DNA of 64,000 nt from Camelus dromedarius. Its lineage: Eukaryota. This document shows positions 1 to 12,109 of this stretch, piece by piece. Under the pieces are notes generated by a model, which was not told where the DNA came from, made no database searches, and was given only the letters and a program-made list of their open reading frames with translations. A program made the translations under genes and the position numbers. Position 1 is the first letter of the stretch; each line of letters starts with the position of its first letter. Location: positions 16,122,001 through 16,186,000 of the forward strand of contig NC_087437.1 of NCBI RefSeq assembly GCF_036321535.1, given 5' to 3'.

Positions 1-1409
1 TTTCTGGAGCAGAAGCGTGTGGGCGTGCGTGGCAGGAGAGCTGGGGCGTCCTGAGTGTACGTGGTCCTTGTGGCCAGACCTCTCTTGTCAGGGCCGGGCA
101 CGGACCGTGCTTTCCTCTGGGCACTCCTTTGTGAGCAAGGGTGTCATGAAGACAGCCAGCGAGAAGTGAATAGAAGGCCATGTTAGCCGAAAAAGGCTTT
201 TCTTGAACCAGCATCCAGACCCTTTCAGAAGGCATTTATTTCCTACGAGTCACCTGTCTGTGCTTCACAGAGCCACACGACATGACCTGGGGACTGTGAT
301 CAGACTCTCTCCCCAGAACATGCAAGGGAACATGAAGATTTCATTCTCAGGAGCCGACAGAAAGTCCAAACCCGGCACACCGCTGCTCTGCACGGGCCGA
401 TTTCTATGTGGGGGAGGGGAGGCAGGACCAGGGGGCAGGCTGGATGGCAGTGTTTTTCATGATGATGTGGCCCACGCAGTGGGGGAAAAGCCGAGGGCAA
501 GAGAGGCACACAGGGAAGGAAAGGCTGGCAGGAAGGGGCGGCCGGAGCAGGCAGCGCCAGGAGGTGAGGGAAATGCAGCGTCTCTGCTCCCCGCGCGGCG
601 TGGAGGCAGGTAATCTATAAATCTAATTTCAGCCTTACTACCAAACCCTGGAGCCTAGCAGCATTAATTGATGTATCTGCTGCTTGATAAAATTGAAAAG
701 TGGGTCATCAGTTCAGTTCTGCAGGGTCCATCTTCTGGGAGGTAGTATAATTTTAGGATCACCATTCAGAGAAGCGAAGAAAAGGGTTAGTCTTCCATTT
801 GTGCACCTGTTCCCTCCCCCCTACACATCCCACTGGACATGGCGGCTTTGAAGACTGGCCACAGCTCCAGCTCCCGGTCAGTATCTCAGAGGACCTGGGA
901 ATCAGGTGTCCAGTGAACACACTGCACAGGGGTTCTCACAGCCCGCTCATCACTGCTCTCCCATTGCAGGACTTTGAATCTACATTCTGTAGGGATTGGA
1001 AACACTGTTATCTTTAACCACACATTCAGTGGGTTCATCATATCCTTTTTTTTTTTTTTTTTTTAAGGTCTGTGCCGTGGATTAGGTAGCATGCAAATCC
1101 ATAATTAAATATTTCCTTCTTGGGGCTCTGATTCAGGGACTCAATCTTGTAGCTCTTCCGTAATCTTAGGAACAAGCCTTGAAGCCCTCCTCCGTGTCTT
1201 ATGCCTCAGCCAAGAAGGTCAGTGTGCTCCTTAAAGCCTTCATGGCTAAAGCTTGGCTTTGTGGTTATTGTTGGTTCATTCACGGATGGTCATAACCAGA
1301 AGACTCTTGGAAGTTACTGAGCAATGTCAAATGGGGACTTTTACCATGCATGGGAAGCCCATTCATGGACTGGAGTTAGGGATCAGCAACCCAGTTGTCA
1401 GGAAGAGGA

Positions 1410-1555
1410 CACTATACTGGGAGTCCTGAGAGCAAGGTCCTGCTTTGGGCTCTGCTGTGAGTCACCCTGTGGCCTTGAGCAAATCCATTAACTCAATTTC
1501 CCATCTATAAACTAAAGGCATTGAACTAGATGATTTTGAAAGGGCTCTTTCAGGT
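1410..1555 (+). mobile_element. MIR-family SINE (MIR3-like tail)
   Basis: ggctctgc..ctgtggccttgagcaaatc..tttcccatctataaa..ttgaactagatgat. Confidence 0.65.
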
Positions 1556-2299
1556 AAAAAAAAAAAAAAAATCTATGAGTCATTCTCTTCAAACAAATCA
1601 AATAAGGGTTTCATTTCCCGAAGTGGGTTCGTCAATGAAAGTTGAAATACCTAAATCCTTCCAGTCTAATAAAAGGGCCAGCAAGTGGCTTCAGTGAATT
1701 TACAGAAAAGCTATTTCAGCAGAAAGCACTTCATGAAGGGAAGAAAGTTTAAATCACTCCACCTAGCCTGTATTTCTTCTGTGTGCTGTGTTTTCACCAT
1801 GTGCTCAGCGCAGGAAACAGATCCTCTCTCAGAGTTCTAAAAAAATGTGGGGGTTTTTTTCGTCTTGTTTATCTTTGTGTGTTGATGCTCGTATCTCTGG
1901 AAGTTCTTTTGGGGGCATTTATACCAATGAGCTGACCGTGAAACAGCTGAACTTGTCAGAAAATCATAATGTGTTTGTATCTTTAAATTTAACCAAGATT
2001 ATGAACACAACACGTATGACTTTGTCTTATCATGATACGTGATTTCCCTGCTGATCCTAAAGAAAATGTGTTGTAGAGTCAGCATATTCCAGAGGAAAAG
2101 GCACTGGTCAGGGATTAGAAAAGATACAGATAAGAGTGGTCTGTTTGTGGTACATGTCTATACTTTGTTTCTATGGCTGTGGCAGACATCATTAATCAAT
2201 CACAGATCTTCTTCCTACAAAGCTTATACACAGACTTCTCCACACAGCATTTGAGGCAGCCATTGCCAATTGATGAAAGATGGAATGTCAGTGGAGAAG

Positions 2300-2490
2300 C
2301 AATTTGGTATTTGAGCTTAGATTCTTGTTATAAGTCAAAATCACACAGAGTGATTTAAGGCTGATCACTTAAACTTTCTGGGCTTCCTTTATCTTCTCTA
2401 TAAAAAAAAGTAATATTGCCTGCCTTGCCTACTCCACAGGACTGTTTTTAAGCATGGAAACATATTCCATGAATTATGACTTGCTATTCA
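2300..2490 (+). mobile_element. MIR-family SINE
   Basis: tcacttaaactttctgggctt..ctataaaa..taatattgcctgccttgcctac. Confidence 0.55.
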
Positions 2491-2829
2491 AAAGTCAGGG
2501 AAGGGAAGAAATCACTGTTCATAGATTAATTAAGTCAAACTTCACGCTGGCATCATTATGTCCTATTACAGTTAGGGTGGGGGTGGTTATTACAGAAACC
2601 AACCTGTTGAGCTCAGAATACACTGTGAACTAGGCTCTCAGAGGGCCATGATCCAAGGATGCCTTCCCCACACACCCAGGAAGCCAGAGGGAACCTACAT
2701 CCCAGCCTGAATTGTTCTCCATCTCTTGCCAGGCATCTGGGGTACATGGGAGAGCTGACTCGTGAGATGTCATGGCCTTGCTGTTAATTCCAGCAATCGA
2801 TGCTGCTGTCTTAGTATTCTCGGGGCAGT

Positions 2830-3012
2830 GAGCTAAGCCTTCACAGGTATTGTCTCATTTAACCTTGAATCCAAAATCTTAGGAAGAATGGGCACTATGT
2901 TCTTATTTTACAGATGTGGGAATAACTTGCCCAAGGACACACAGCCAGTGAGAGACAGAGCCTGCCTCCATCCCCAGTCTGCCTGGCTCCAAAGCCTGAA
3001 CTTTTAACCACT
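2830..3012 (-). mobile_element. MIR SINE
   Basis: tattgtctcatttaacctt..attttacagatg..taacttgcccaaggacacacagccagt..ccagtctgcctggctccaaagcc. Confidence 0.8.
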
Positions 3013-4629
3013 TCTTGTCCTTTGTGGACCCCAGAAACTATTAGGACGACTGATTTAAATATTAAAACAAATCAGAAAATGAAGCAGCTCAAGGAAGTCT
3101 TCAATGACTTAAAGTAGAAACACAGACACAAATCTGCAAATGTTTTCAACCCTGTTCTCTCGATGTTGTTTCCAGCTACCACCAGTGCCCTCCCCAACAT
3201 CTACCTACAAGTGGGCTTCTTCAGGGAGACATTCATTTTAACCACATTGTCGTCCTCACTTAACAGAGGGAAAGTAACAAATTGAATTGAAAAAATACGA
3301 CCCATGTGACTTGTGGCTGAAATCCATTTTCTAATACCCGGAAGTTGCATGACAACCTTCTGGGGAGGCAGATCCCCAGAGACCTACTTAGAAGAGTGAT
3401 GTGCTGGGGAAAGCCAGCCGAGCTTCTGGAGGAGATGTTGAGTGAGGTTCATTAGTGAGAAAAATTTGCATCACTCACGGCACACCCAGGTCTGGCAGGT
3501 GGGCACCGTGTGTTGAAACCAGAGCTGAAATCAGCTCTGCACTTTCTTTTGGAGTTGGTTAGAGGAAAATATTGTGGAGAATACATTCTGGGCAGAGTGG
3601 GAGGTGGCTGAGGTTTGAGCGAGGAACAGCCTGTCTTGCCTACTCCACAGGACTGGTTTTAAGGATGAGTGCATCAAACTCAGTGTGTTCGGGGGTCCTT
3701 CTTCTGGTCAGGGGTGGGGGTCAGGAAGGAGTGGAGGGAATGTGAGTTTGCTCCACTCCTTCAACTGACTGTGGGTCATAACCAACCCCCAGGCTTGCGA
3801 TCTTGTACGGGGAACAGAGGTCTTCAACAATTCACGCCATCACTGTTAGACTTTCTATGTTGGTTTTTCCCTAATAGTGTATTTTTATAACAGCTCTTTT
3901 ATTTTCCCTTACTTATCTTTGCATAGAAAATACTTTTACAGGAGTGCATGCATAAACAATGTGTCGCATCCATCCCAGTGAGATAATGCATGAGGGCACT
4001 GTGGACCATCTCACAGACAGCAGGTGCTCCGTAAATGGGAACTGCTCCCACTGCTTATGCTTCCTGCATTTCACACTGGGGCATTTCACAAGGGAGGGAC
4101 TGCCTTGCCCAGGGTCTGTGTTCAGCGTTAACTAGACTAGCCCCAGGGTGTCCTGCCTCCTCCCACCTCCCCCAGGTCAGAGCATCTCAGTACCTGGGCC
4201 ATGCTCTACCTCCAGAACACAGCTCCCAGCCCTTTGGGGAGCAGCTGCGGCTGGTCTAGATGGGAAAACGTGTTCTTGGCAGCATAGCCCAGGGTCCACT
4301 AATGTAACCAGTGTGTGCGGAGCCCAGACTCAGGGGCTCTGGAGAGGCAGAAGGAAGGCATGGGTTCATTCACAGAAGAGCCTGTTATCTAACCACGGAG
4401 GAGGGAGGGCAGCCAGGTAAGAAGCTGTGATTAGAGAGAAGGCGGCGCTTCAGGTTGGCAGGAGGCAGGCAGCAACAGCTCCCATCCACTGGGAGGGGCC
4501 ACAGGTCCGACACAGGTGGTTCTTGTCCCCTCCTGACCTCCGAGCCCTTCTGAGGCAGGTATGGTTATACCAGTGTTAAGGAAGACACCTTAAACATTTA
4601 AATTCTGGGGACAGGAAGAGACATACCAG

Positions 4630-5420
4630 TCGTTCATCCAGCATATGTTTATTGACCTTTTCTGTCTACATTCATGTTCTCAGCACTGAAAATGCTATGG
4701 TGACTACAGGAGAGAGGGTTCTTGTCTCTTCTTGTCTCAGAGCTTAGAATCAAGCATCAGAGACAGACAGACAGACAGACACATACACACACACACACAG
4801 CTAAAACTTTTGATATGTGCTAAGGAGGAAAAAAAGAACGTGCACTGAAAGATAGTTGTTAAGAAAGTGCTAATTATGTTTAGGGGAGGGGACCAGCTAC
4901 AGAGACATCCTCTTTGAGGAAGTAACATTTAAGTGGAGATCTGAGGCGAGTAAGTGTTGATTGCGGGGGGTGGGGGGGAAGCATGTGTAAGGGCCCTGAG
5001 GCAGGAAGGGCTTGGCTTGGGAAAGGAGTGAAAGATTGCCAGTCACTGTGGCTTTAGCACAGAAGTGAGGGACAAAGTGGCATAAGGTGAGGCAGCGGCT
5101 GACTCCCATGAGGCCCCGTGGGCCACACTGAGGAGTTTGGAGCTTTTCCTTAATGCAAGGGGAAGAGCTTCAAGCCAGCGAGTGACGTGACCAGATTTAT
5201 GTCTTACAAAGATGGCTCTAGCTGCCGTTAGAGGATGGATTCTACAGGAGAGGGAGAGGGCAGGCAGAGGGAGCCTGTTACAGGTGATGGATGATGATGA
5301 GTTCGTTGGAATGGTGGCAGTGGAGGTGAAGAGAAGTGGATGGATTTGAAATGAAATTTGGAGATGAAACCTACAAGGCTTGGAAAGAGAAGAGAGCTGA
5401 GCATCCAAGGAGAGAGGGAT
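4630..5420 (-). mobile_element. L2 LINE 3' fragment containing a (CAGA)n(CA)n microsatellite
   Basis: ttcatccagcatatgtttattga..gaggaagtaacatttaag..gaccagatttatgtctt..gatggctctagctgc..gagaagtggatggatttga. Confidence 0.8.
4762..4799. repeat. Compound microsatellite (GACA)n(CA)n
   Basis: gacagacagacagacagacacatacacacacacacaca. Confidence 0.9.
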
Positions 5421-5560
5421 GAGGCTGGGAGTGGGGGAGGGGGTGGGAGTGGCTTAACCCAGCCCTGACAGAGGGACGAGCAGTGGGATCATGGCACCTC
5501 GGCTTCTGTTTAACCCCTGAAGCCCATCTTGACCTGGATGCTGTTGGTGTCTTATTACAG

Positions 5561-5776
5561 CAAAATGATGGGCAGTTCACAGTGATCCAGCTGGTGGGCA
5601 TGCTCAGGGGCATCGCCGCGGGCATGAAGTACCTGGCCGAGATGAACTACGTGCACCGGGACCTGGCTGCACGGAACATTCTGGTCAACAGCAACCTGGT
5701 GTGCAAGGTGTCTGACTTTGGCCTTTCCCGCTACCTCCAGGACGACACCTCAGACCCCACCTACACCAGCTCCTTG
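5561..5776 (+). CDS. EPHB1: EPHB1 internal coding exon (exon 12 by human numbering), kinase catalytic and activation loops
   Basis: Acceptor cttattacag|CAA and donor TTG|gtgagt; 216 nt, phase 0/0. Translates [72 protein letters not shown], with [11 protein letters not shown] and the EphB1-type [17 protein letters not shown] loop. Confidence 0.98.
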
Positions 5777-6149
5777 GTGAGTCCTTCTGGGTCTTCTCAG
5801 GTTGAAGCAGGGCCTGAGTGAAAGGTGGCTGCACGTGGCAGGGCATATTGGGAGGGGCTGGGGGCTGAACTCATCTGTCCACGGGGGGAGCCAGGTGCTG
5901 GGCGGGCCATTCATCCAGGAGAAACAGTAGCAGCCATTGTCCAGGTAAGCGTTTGGGCACAGACCAGGAGGAGGGGTCGGTGTCTCCGCTGAAGCCATGC
6001 TGTTCCTTGGCCAATGCAAGAGGACATTTTGGAACAGATGACTTGGGGGAATTCGAACATCTGGACAGTGGCATCAGAGACCTCCGTCAGCCGGGAGCAG
6101 GCTCCGGTGGGGCTGAGCACTGGGTCAGCAGGTAGACTTCTGGTCCCTT

Positions 6150-6620
6150 TCTCTTCTCCTCCTCCCTTGCTTGCAGACGACTTTAAGTACCATCTGCACC
6201 ACGAGTACTCTTAAATTTGTACTTCTCACTCGGCCTCCCCGACTACAGCCCAAGCAGCTCTAAGCATCTGTGTCCAGCTGCCTGGTTCACACCATTCGAT
6301 TTAGAACTTTCCCAGGCCCAAAACAGAGCTCTGATTTACTCTCCAGTTCCCCCTCCCCAGTCTCTCCAGCTCAGTGGTTGCACCATTCAACTCATGACTG
6401 AATCCTAGGAATCAGCCCTGATTTCTCTCTGTGCCTCTCCATCCGTGTCCAATCCCTCAGCAACTCCTGTAGGTTTCTATAAACTCTGTCCCTACCTGAT
6501 TCCAAAGCATCATTCTCTTTCACCTGCACTGACTGTGGCTTCCTGACTAGTCTCCCTGGTCTCCTTTTGTCTTCTGAAGGCCACTCCCAACAGTGTCCAA
6601 AGTGACTGGCCTTCCTACCT
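6150..6620 (+). mobile_element. L2 LINE fragment
   Basis: ctttaagtaccatctg..tcagtggttgcaccattca..cctaggaatcagccctgatttctctct..tccaatccctcagcaactcctgt. Confidence 0.65.
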
Positions 6621-6735
6621 ACCTACCTGCCCACCTATATTCCTTCAGCTTACAAAAATGATACGATTATTATAAAAATCAAAGCAATACACAGAAGAGG
6701 AAATGAATAACTCAGAAACTACTATTGCCCTGAAG

Positions 6736-6950
6736 CAGGGGTTGGTAAACATTCCCTAAAAGGCCAAAGAGTTAAGAATTCTAGGCTTTGCTGCCTAAAA
6801 GGCCAAAGGAGGGTATTATGTAGATGATTATAGAAACAGCTAAAATGTAACCCTTTAAAAAATGGATGAACACCATTCTTAGCCCGTGCACTGTAAAAAA
6901 CCAGGTCACCCACCAGATTTGGTACCCAAGCCGTAGTTTACTGACCCCTG
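6736..6950. mobile_element. hAT-Charlie MITE, MER58C-like
   Basis: TIRs caggggttggtaaac / gtttactgacccctg; 8-bp TSD-like flanks ccctgaag / cactaaag; 215 bp. Confidence 0.85.
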
Positions 6951-7039
6951 CACTAAAGCATCAGTTTCAACAGTTAGATGTGTCAGCTTTCAGGTTCTTC
7001 TCTTTGTTCAGAATACTGGAAAAGTTTTCTTTCACAAAA

Positions 7040-9140
7040 ATAGGATCATACTGCGCCTGTTACTTGCTGTCTTGTGTGTCTCTTGGGCGTCCTTCCTCCA
7101 GGTTGCTGCTCTGAAAATTTGTAAATCTTCTCACTCCACCAGGGAGCTGTGGTGCCTGTCTTTCAACAGCTCACCAGCAATGGGAGTAATCAGTATTTAA
7201 AAATTTGCTAATCCAAAAATGAATAATGAGACCTCATTTTGTTTTAATTTGTATTTTCAACTGACTGCTAGAGATATTACCGTCTTTTTACACAGTTTCT
7301 GGGATTCATGTTTCCTCCTTGGTTAATTATCTGTACATGTCTTTACCTATTTTTTATATTGGGTTATTATTTTCTGGTTTCTTAGAAATTGACAGGAATT
7401 CTTTTTATATTAGAGATGTTAACCCTTTGCCTGACTTATCTGATGCAATTGTTCCTCCACCTTTTTTTGATACAAAAAATACAATTTTTTTGGATTCAAA
7501 GGAATACAATTGTCCTTTTGATATTGTTTATGATAGCCTTTGGGTTGCAAAAGTGGTTAATATTCATTTAGTCAAAAATATCTATCTTCTCCCCTACTTA
7601 TTGAATTTTCTGGTTTATTCTAAAGTTCTTTTCACGCCAAGGTTACAAAGTGCTTTTCAAAGTTTCCTGTGCTGTTTTGGGAAGGGTTTTTGTTCTATAT
7701 CTGAACAATTAGTACACCTGAAATTTATTTATTTTTCCCAAGTTTTTATTTTGAAAACTTTCAAGCATACAGAGAGCTCAATAGCATTTTGCAAAAGACC
7801 ACATAGATTCTAGAATCAATACCTTGCTATGTTTGCTTTTTCATGTCAATATCCATTTAATCCATCCCTCTGTCCATTCATCACTCCATCCTGTTTTGTG
7901 GATGCATTTCCAGACAAGTTGCAGATATTAGCACATATCACCCCTGAGCGCTTCAGCATACATGTCTTTAATGAGAGCTAAATATTTGTTTATAGTTCTT
8001 TCCTTGTTTAAGGTAAAACGTGCCTATCAAGAAGTGCACAAATCTTCATTTGACTGTCCTTTCTGATTGGATTACTGCATTCTGTTGATTCTTATCTTGT
8101 GGTTGGCTTTATTCCTCTTATAACTATGTTAAGTTTAAAAAGCTAAAGCTCTAAACTGTTCTTAGAAACAATGAACAGTACATATATGTCAATTTTAAAA
8201 CGGTTTTATCTCTCATTGAGTTGCTCTTCCTAGAATAAACTTTGTGTATCAACCCCCCCCAAAAAAAGTGCACAAATCGTAAGTGTACATTTACAGAGTT
8301 TTAATAAATGCATCTACCTATGCAACCCCAAATCCTATCAAGGTCCAGAACATCATCATCAGACCAGGAAGTTCTCTCATGTCCCTCCCCCGCCCCACAC
8401 CCAGAGGCACCCACTGTTGTGATTTTTTTTTTCAACCATGGGTTTGTTTTGCCTGTTCCAGAACTTCACATACGTAGAATCAGGACGCTCTTCGTGTCTG
8501 CCTGCTTCCCCTTAGCAGTCTGTGTGTGAGATTCAGTCATAGTGTTGTGTGGGGAAGGAGTTTGTTCTTATTTACTGTAGCATTCCATTGCTTCCTTCTC
8601 CATTCTCTTGTTGATAGACACCAGGGCTAGTCTCAAATATGTCTCTGAACATGTGTCAGGGCGTGTATATTCTTACCCTGTTTTCATACAGGTGAATAAT
8701 TGTGCCATCATTTATTAATGATAGTTTCCATGTTTTATTGAATCACATGTCATCCTTGTCATATATTAAGTTCCTTATATCAACTATGCTTTGAGTCTCA
8801 ATTCTGCTCCATTGATTTATTTCTTCTTATGCCTAACCATAGTGTTCTGATTATAACAAGCTTATCAAAAGTTTTACTATCTATATTGTTCTAATTATAA
8901 TAATTTTAGCAAGAGTTTTACTGTTTAGGTAAAGTTATTCCTTCTTCTTCTTCTTTTTTTAAAATTTCTTGGCTCTTTTCAAGTATCTTTTCTTTCAAGT
9001 GCGATTTAAGATCACTTTGTCCAGTTCCAAAACACGCGCACACACATATACATTCACTTACAGATTTTGAATGGAACTTCAACTTTATTCTGCATTTGGA
9101 AAGACCAACATTTTAATGATCCTGAGTCACCTAAATAATA
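7040..9140 (-). mobile_element. Cluster of old L1M 3'-region fragments, antisense and nested
   Basis: T-rich L1-like text: ctcatttttgttttaatttgtatttt, ttctttttatattagagatgttaaccctttg, aaggtccagaacatcatcatcagaccaggaagttctctcatgtccct, gttttgcctgttccagaacttcacata. Confidence 0.75.
8045..8265 (+). pseudogene. Probable 5'-truncated retrocopy of an mRNA 3' end (parent gene unidentified)
   Basis: 13-bp direct repeat aagtgcacaaatc at 8032-8044 and 8266-8278. AATAAA at 8234-8239 is followed by a decayed tail aaccccccccaaaaa. The insert interrupts an older L1 3' end. Confidence 0.7.
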
Positions 9141-10199
9141 ATATGAACCAAATATACAGTATGTATATGCTTTATATTGGAGGTTTCTTAGATGAAAGTT
9201 TCCCCACATTATTTTCCTGCACGCAATATTTAGATCTTTTGTTGTGGTTTTCTACGTGCTTCTTCTGAATGATAAAGCTTATAAACTCCTCAATGTAAGA
9301 GCTTTTGAGATCTTCCACATTTTATCATATTAGTCTTCACGCTTTGCCTTTTATTCAAAAGAGAAAATGATCATGTTTGTTGAATAAACAATGTACATTT
9401 CTAAAAACAGAGTTTATTCACATGAAAAATATTTATTGATCATCTACTATGTGCCAATCCTGGACCACAAGCTAGAGGCACAATGAGGATTGAAAAAAGA
9501 CAGCATTATTGTTCTTACATCACTCGCAATTGAATGAGGAAACGGAAGGTTAATCAGACACAGACAAAAATAAGGGCATAATTGCCAGTTGAGATAAAAG
9601 CCCTTATGTTCTATGACAGCATGAAGAAAACAGTAAGTGAGAAAATAGTCTGACTCTGTCTAGGGAAATTAAGGAGGATGTCCAGAGGAGGAGATAGTGC
9701 TCCAGCAGAGATTTGAAGAATAAGCCATCCAAATGAATGGGGCAGATTATAGCACTGAGAAACATAAGCAGCACATACAAAGGCCCTGTGGCAAGAGGGA
9801 AGATGAAATTTTAGAGCTGCTGAGAGAAGACCCCAGTGCTTGGTATTTGGAGAGAGAAGGGGAAAGTGAGCAAGGAAGTCAGCAGCAGTTACATCATGCA
9901 GAGCCTTCCAGACCCTTGTGATGGAATTTACAGCCTTAGAGCAATGGGGGTCATTCAAGGGCTCTGTGTGTATGTGTGTGCAGAGATGGACACGCATCAC
10001 CCAAAGGTGATGGATTTGCACTTTAGAAAAATAGCCTGGTTTTTCTCTGTCTTTTCCTTTCTAATCTCTTCCCTTCTTTCTCTACAAACAAAACAAAAAG
10101 ACTTTCTTGGCTTTCATCCTTTTTTCTTTCACCAAAAAGCCATCTGGCAGGCCCAGTCAAAGTAGATGTCCTGAGTTAGGGAGGCAAGCCCTAGGAGGG

Positions 10200-11360
10200 A
10201 TCGAGACCAACGTGTGAGGCGGCTGGAAACCCAGCCAGTTTGGGAGATTAGCTATATACAGGGATATTGAGAAACATATTGGGATAATGGGAGCTTTTGG
10301 AAAAGAAGGTTCAAATATGGAAAGCATGAAAGCTAGAATGAATTACGTGATATTGAATTGGAATTGGAGGTATCAGTGTGAACTTGTGGTTTTCAATATA
10401 TAAAGAGATAGAGAAATAAATATGAGGGGAGAGTGCCTCAACGCAATGGCACCTGTGTAGCAAAGAGGTCACCGGGCACTCAGATCTCGGATTCTATATT
10501 CTCTTCTATACTAAAAGCAATCAGAGCTCATTAGAGAAATGACCCCTTCCTGGGTCACTGGGGAAGGGAAGGATGAGACGATCAGTACATATTTTTGTGC
10601 TAGAAAGTATGCAAAAAATATACAGTGATTTTAACAGATTATAACCTATTGAATAAGATAGGAATGAAGGAGTCCACACTGATATGAATATAAATGAATT
10701 AAAGAAATAAAGAAAAGATAAAGATTTCCCCAAATAGTGTAAAGAATGACATTATTAGAAAATCACTATTTGGCGACCATCAGATTAATAGTTAAGAAAC
10801 ATCAATGGACGCTAATGCTTGGGGTGAAACTGAGGAGAGAAACAAGATTTTACATAGCCTCAAAGTATCTCCCCCCAAAATATTTATTACAAAAGGGAGA
10901 CAGTAACCTTACAGAGATGTCTGGAAATGCCATCTGAATCAAATGATTAGCCTTCACACCACCAATGACAAGATAAGCAGACATCATGTGCCCCTTGAGA
11001 GGATGCGGTGAAAGAACACGGTATTTGAGATACTCTGCTCAAAATGTGTAACTTAGGTCTTATCATGAAGAAACATCAGAACAACTAAAATTGAGATACA
11101 TTCTGTTAAATGCCTAACTTATGATCTTAGCATTTCAAGGTCATGAATGTTAAGGAGACTGGCAATTGCTCCAGATTGAAGGGCATTAGAAAGGCATAAA
11201 TACTGGGTAATACATGTGACTCCTAAAGAGGCATTTCTATGATGATTGTTAAAAGTTGGAATGGAGTGTCTGGGTGAGGAGTGGGTAGGCATTGTTTGTA
11301 GTATTCTTGAAACTTTTCTAGAGGTTGAAACTGTCTCAAAATAAAATATTTAAAAAAAAA
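10200..11360 (+). mobile_element. L1MC-like 3' end (L1MC4-type), sense to EPHB1
   Basis: ggaattggaggtatcagtgtgaact, gagaaacaagattttacatagcctcaaagtatctccc, ending in aaacttttctagaggttgaaactgtctcaaaataaaatatttaaaaaaaaa. Confidence 0.75.
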
Positions 11361-11658
11361 TTTACCCTGGCTGACATGTGGAGAACGGATGGGAGAAGCA
11401 ACAGTAGAAGTAAGATGTGTCAGGAAGCCGTGGGGCAATGGGGGTGCATGAAGCTCAGAGGGATCAGGAAGAAACATGGAAAACATTGATAGTAGGTGAT
11501 GCTTATGGGTGAGGGTGAGAGAGGTTCAAGGATGACACCTGTACCTGGCCTGTGCCTCTGGATGGATGATGGTGCCATTCTCTGAGAAGGGGGATGCTGG
11601 AAAGGAACTGATTAGAAGAATAGAAGGATTGAGAGTAAATTGTGGGTTTCATTTAAAA

Positions 11659-11815
11659 CAGTGTTTCTCAAATTTTGGTGGGTACCACATTTACCTGGAG
11701 AGCTAATAAGGAACCCAGAGGCACAGACTCATTGAAGTAGAATAGGGTCTGGGCCTTTGCATTGATCCAAGATTTGCCAGGTGGTTTCTGATACAAAATT
11801 TTGAAAGACACTTGC
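11659..11815. mobile_element. MER5-like MITE nested in L2
   Basis: cagtgtttctcaaatttt..acctggagagct..ccaggtggtttctgat..tttgaaagacact. Confidence 0.55.
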
Positions 11816-12109
11816 TTAGAACATTTTGATGCTTATGTGCTGGTAGGATATCTAAGCAGAGCTCCTGAGTAGGCAGCTGGATATACAGGTTTGGAGCATA
11901 GAGAAGTCCAAATGAAGATACATGTTTCAGAGTCTTTACATGGGTGAGGGGTAAATATACTTGACTTGGGAGAGGATAGAGTGGGCAAAGGACTTCATTC
12001 TGAGCATGAAGAAACCCAACGTTGAGCAATACAGATGTATATAAAGTAGGAGGCGTGGATGCCCAGCTGTCCCTTCCTTCCAGAGAGGCAATTACTGAGA
12101 ATTTGTTGT

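Larger units (their letters stand above)
9410..12030 (-). mobile_element. L2 LINE (9410-10040 and 11361-12030) interrupted by an L1MC-like insertion
   Basis: The L2 end aaatatttattgatcatctactatgtgcca is present. The L2 motif gatttgcactttagaaaaat..ctggct..tgtggaga is split across the L1 insertion. Confidence 0.7.

Noticed and set aside
5483..5560. In-frame ATG extension upstream of the first EPHB1 exon in the window
   Set aside because: Eph homology starts exactly at the AG acceptor (5560/5561), and nothing supports an internal promoter.
7319..7813. 164-aa hydrophobic ORF
   Set aside because: It is an antisense reading of T-rich decayed L1 sequence.
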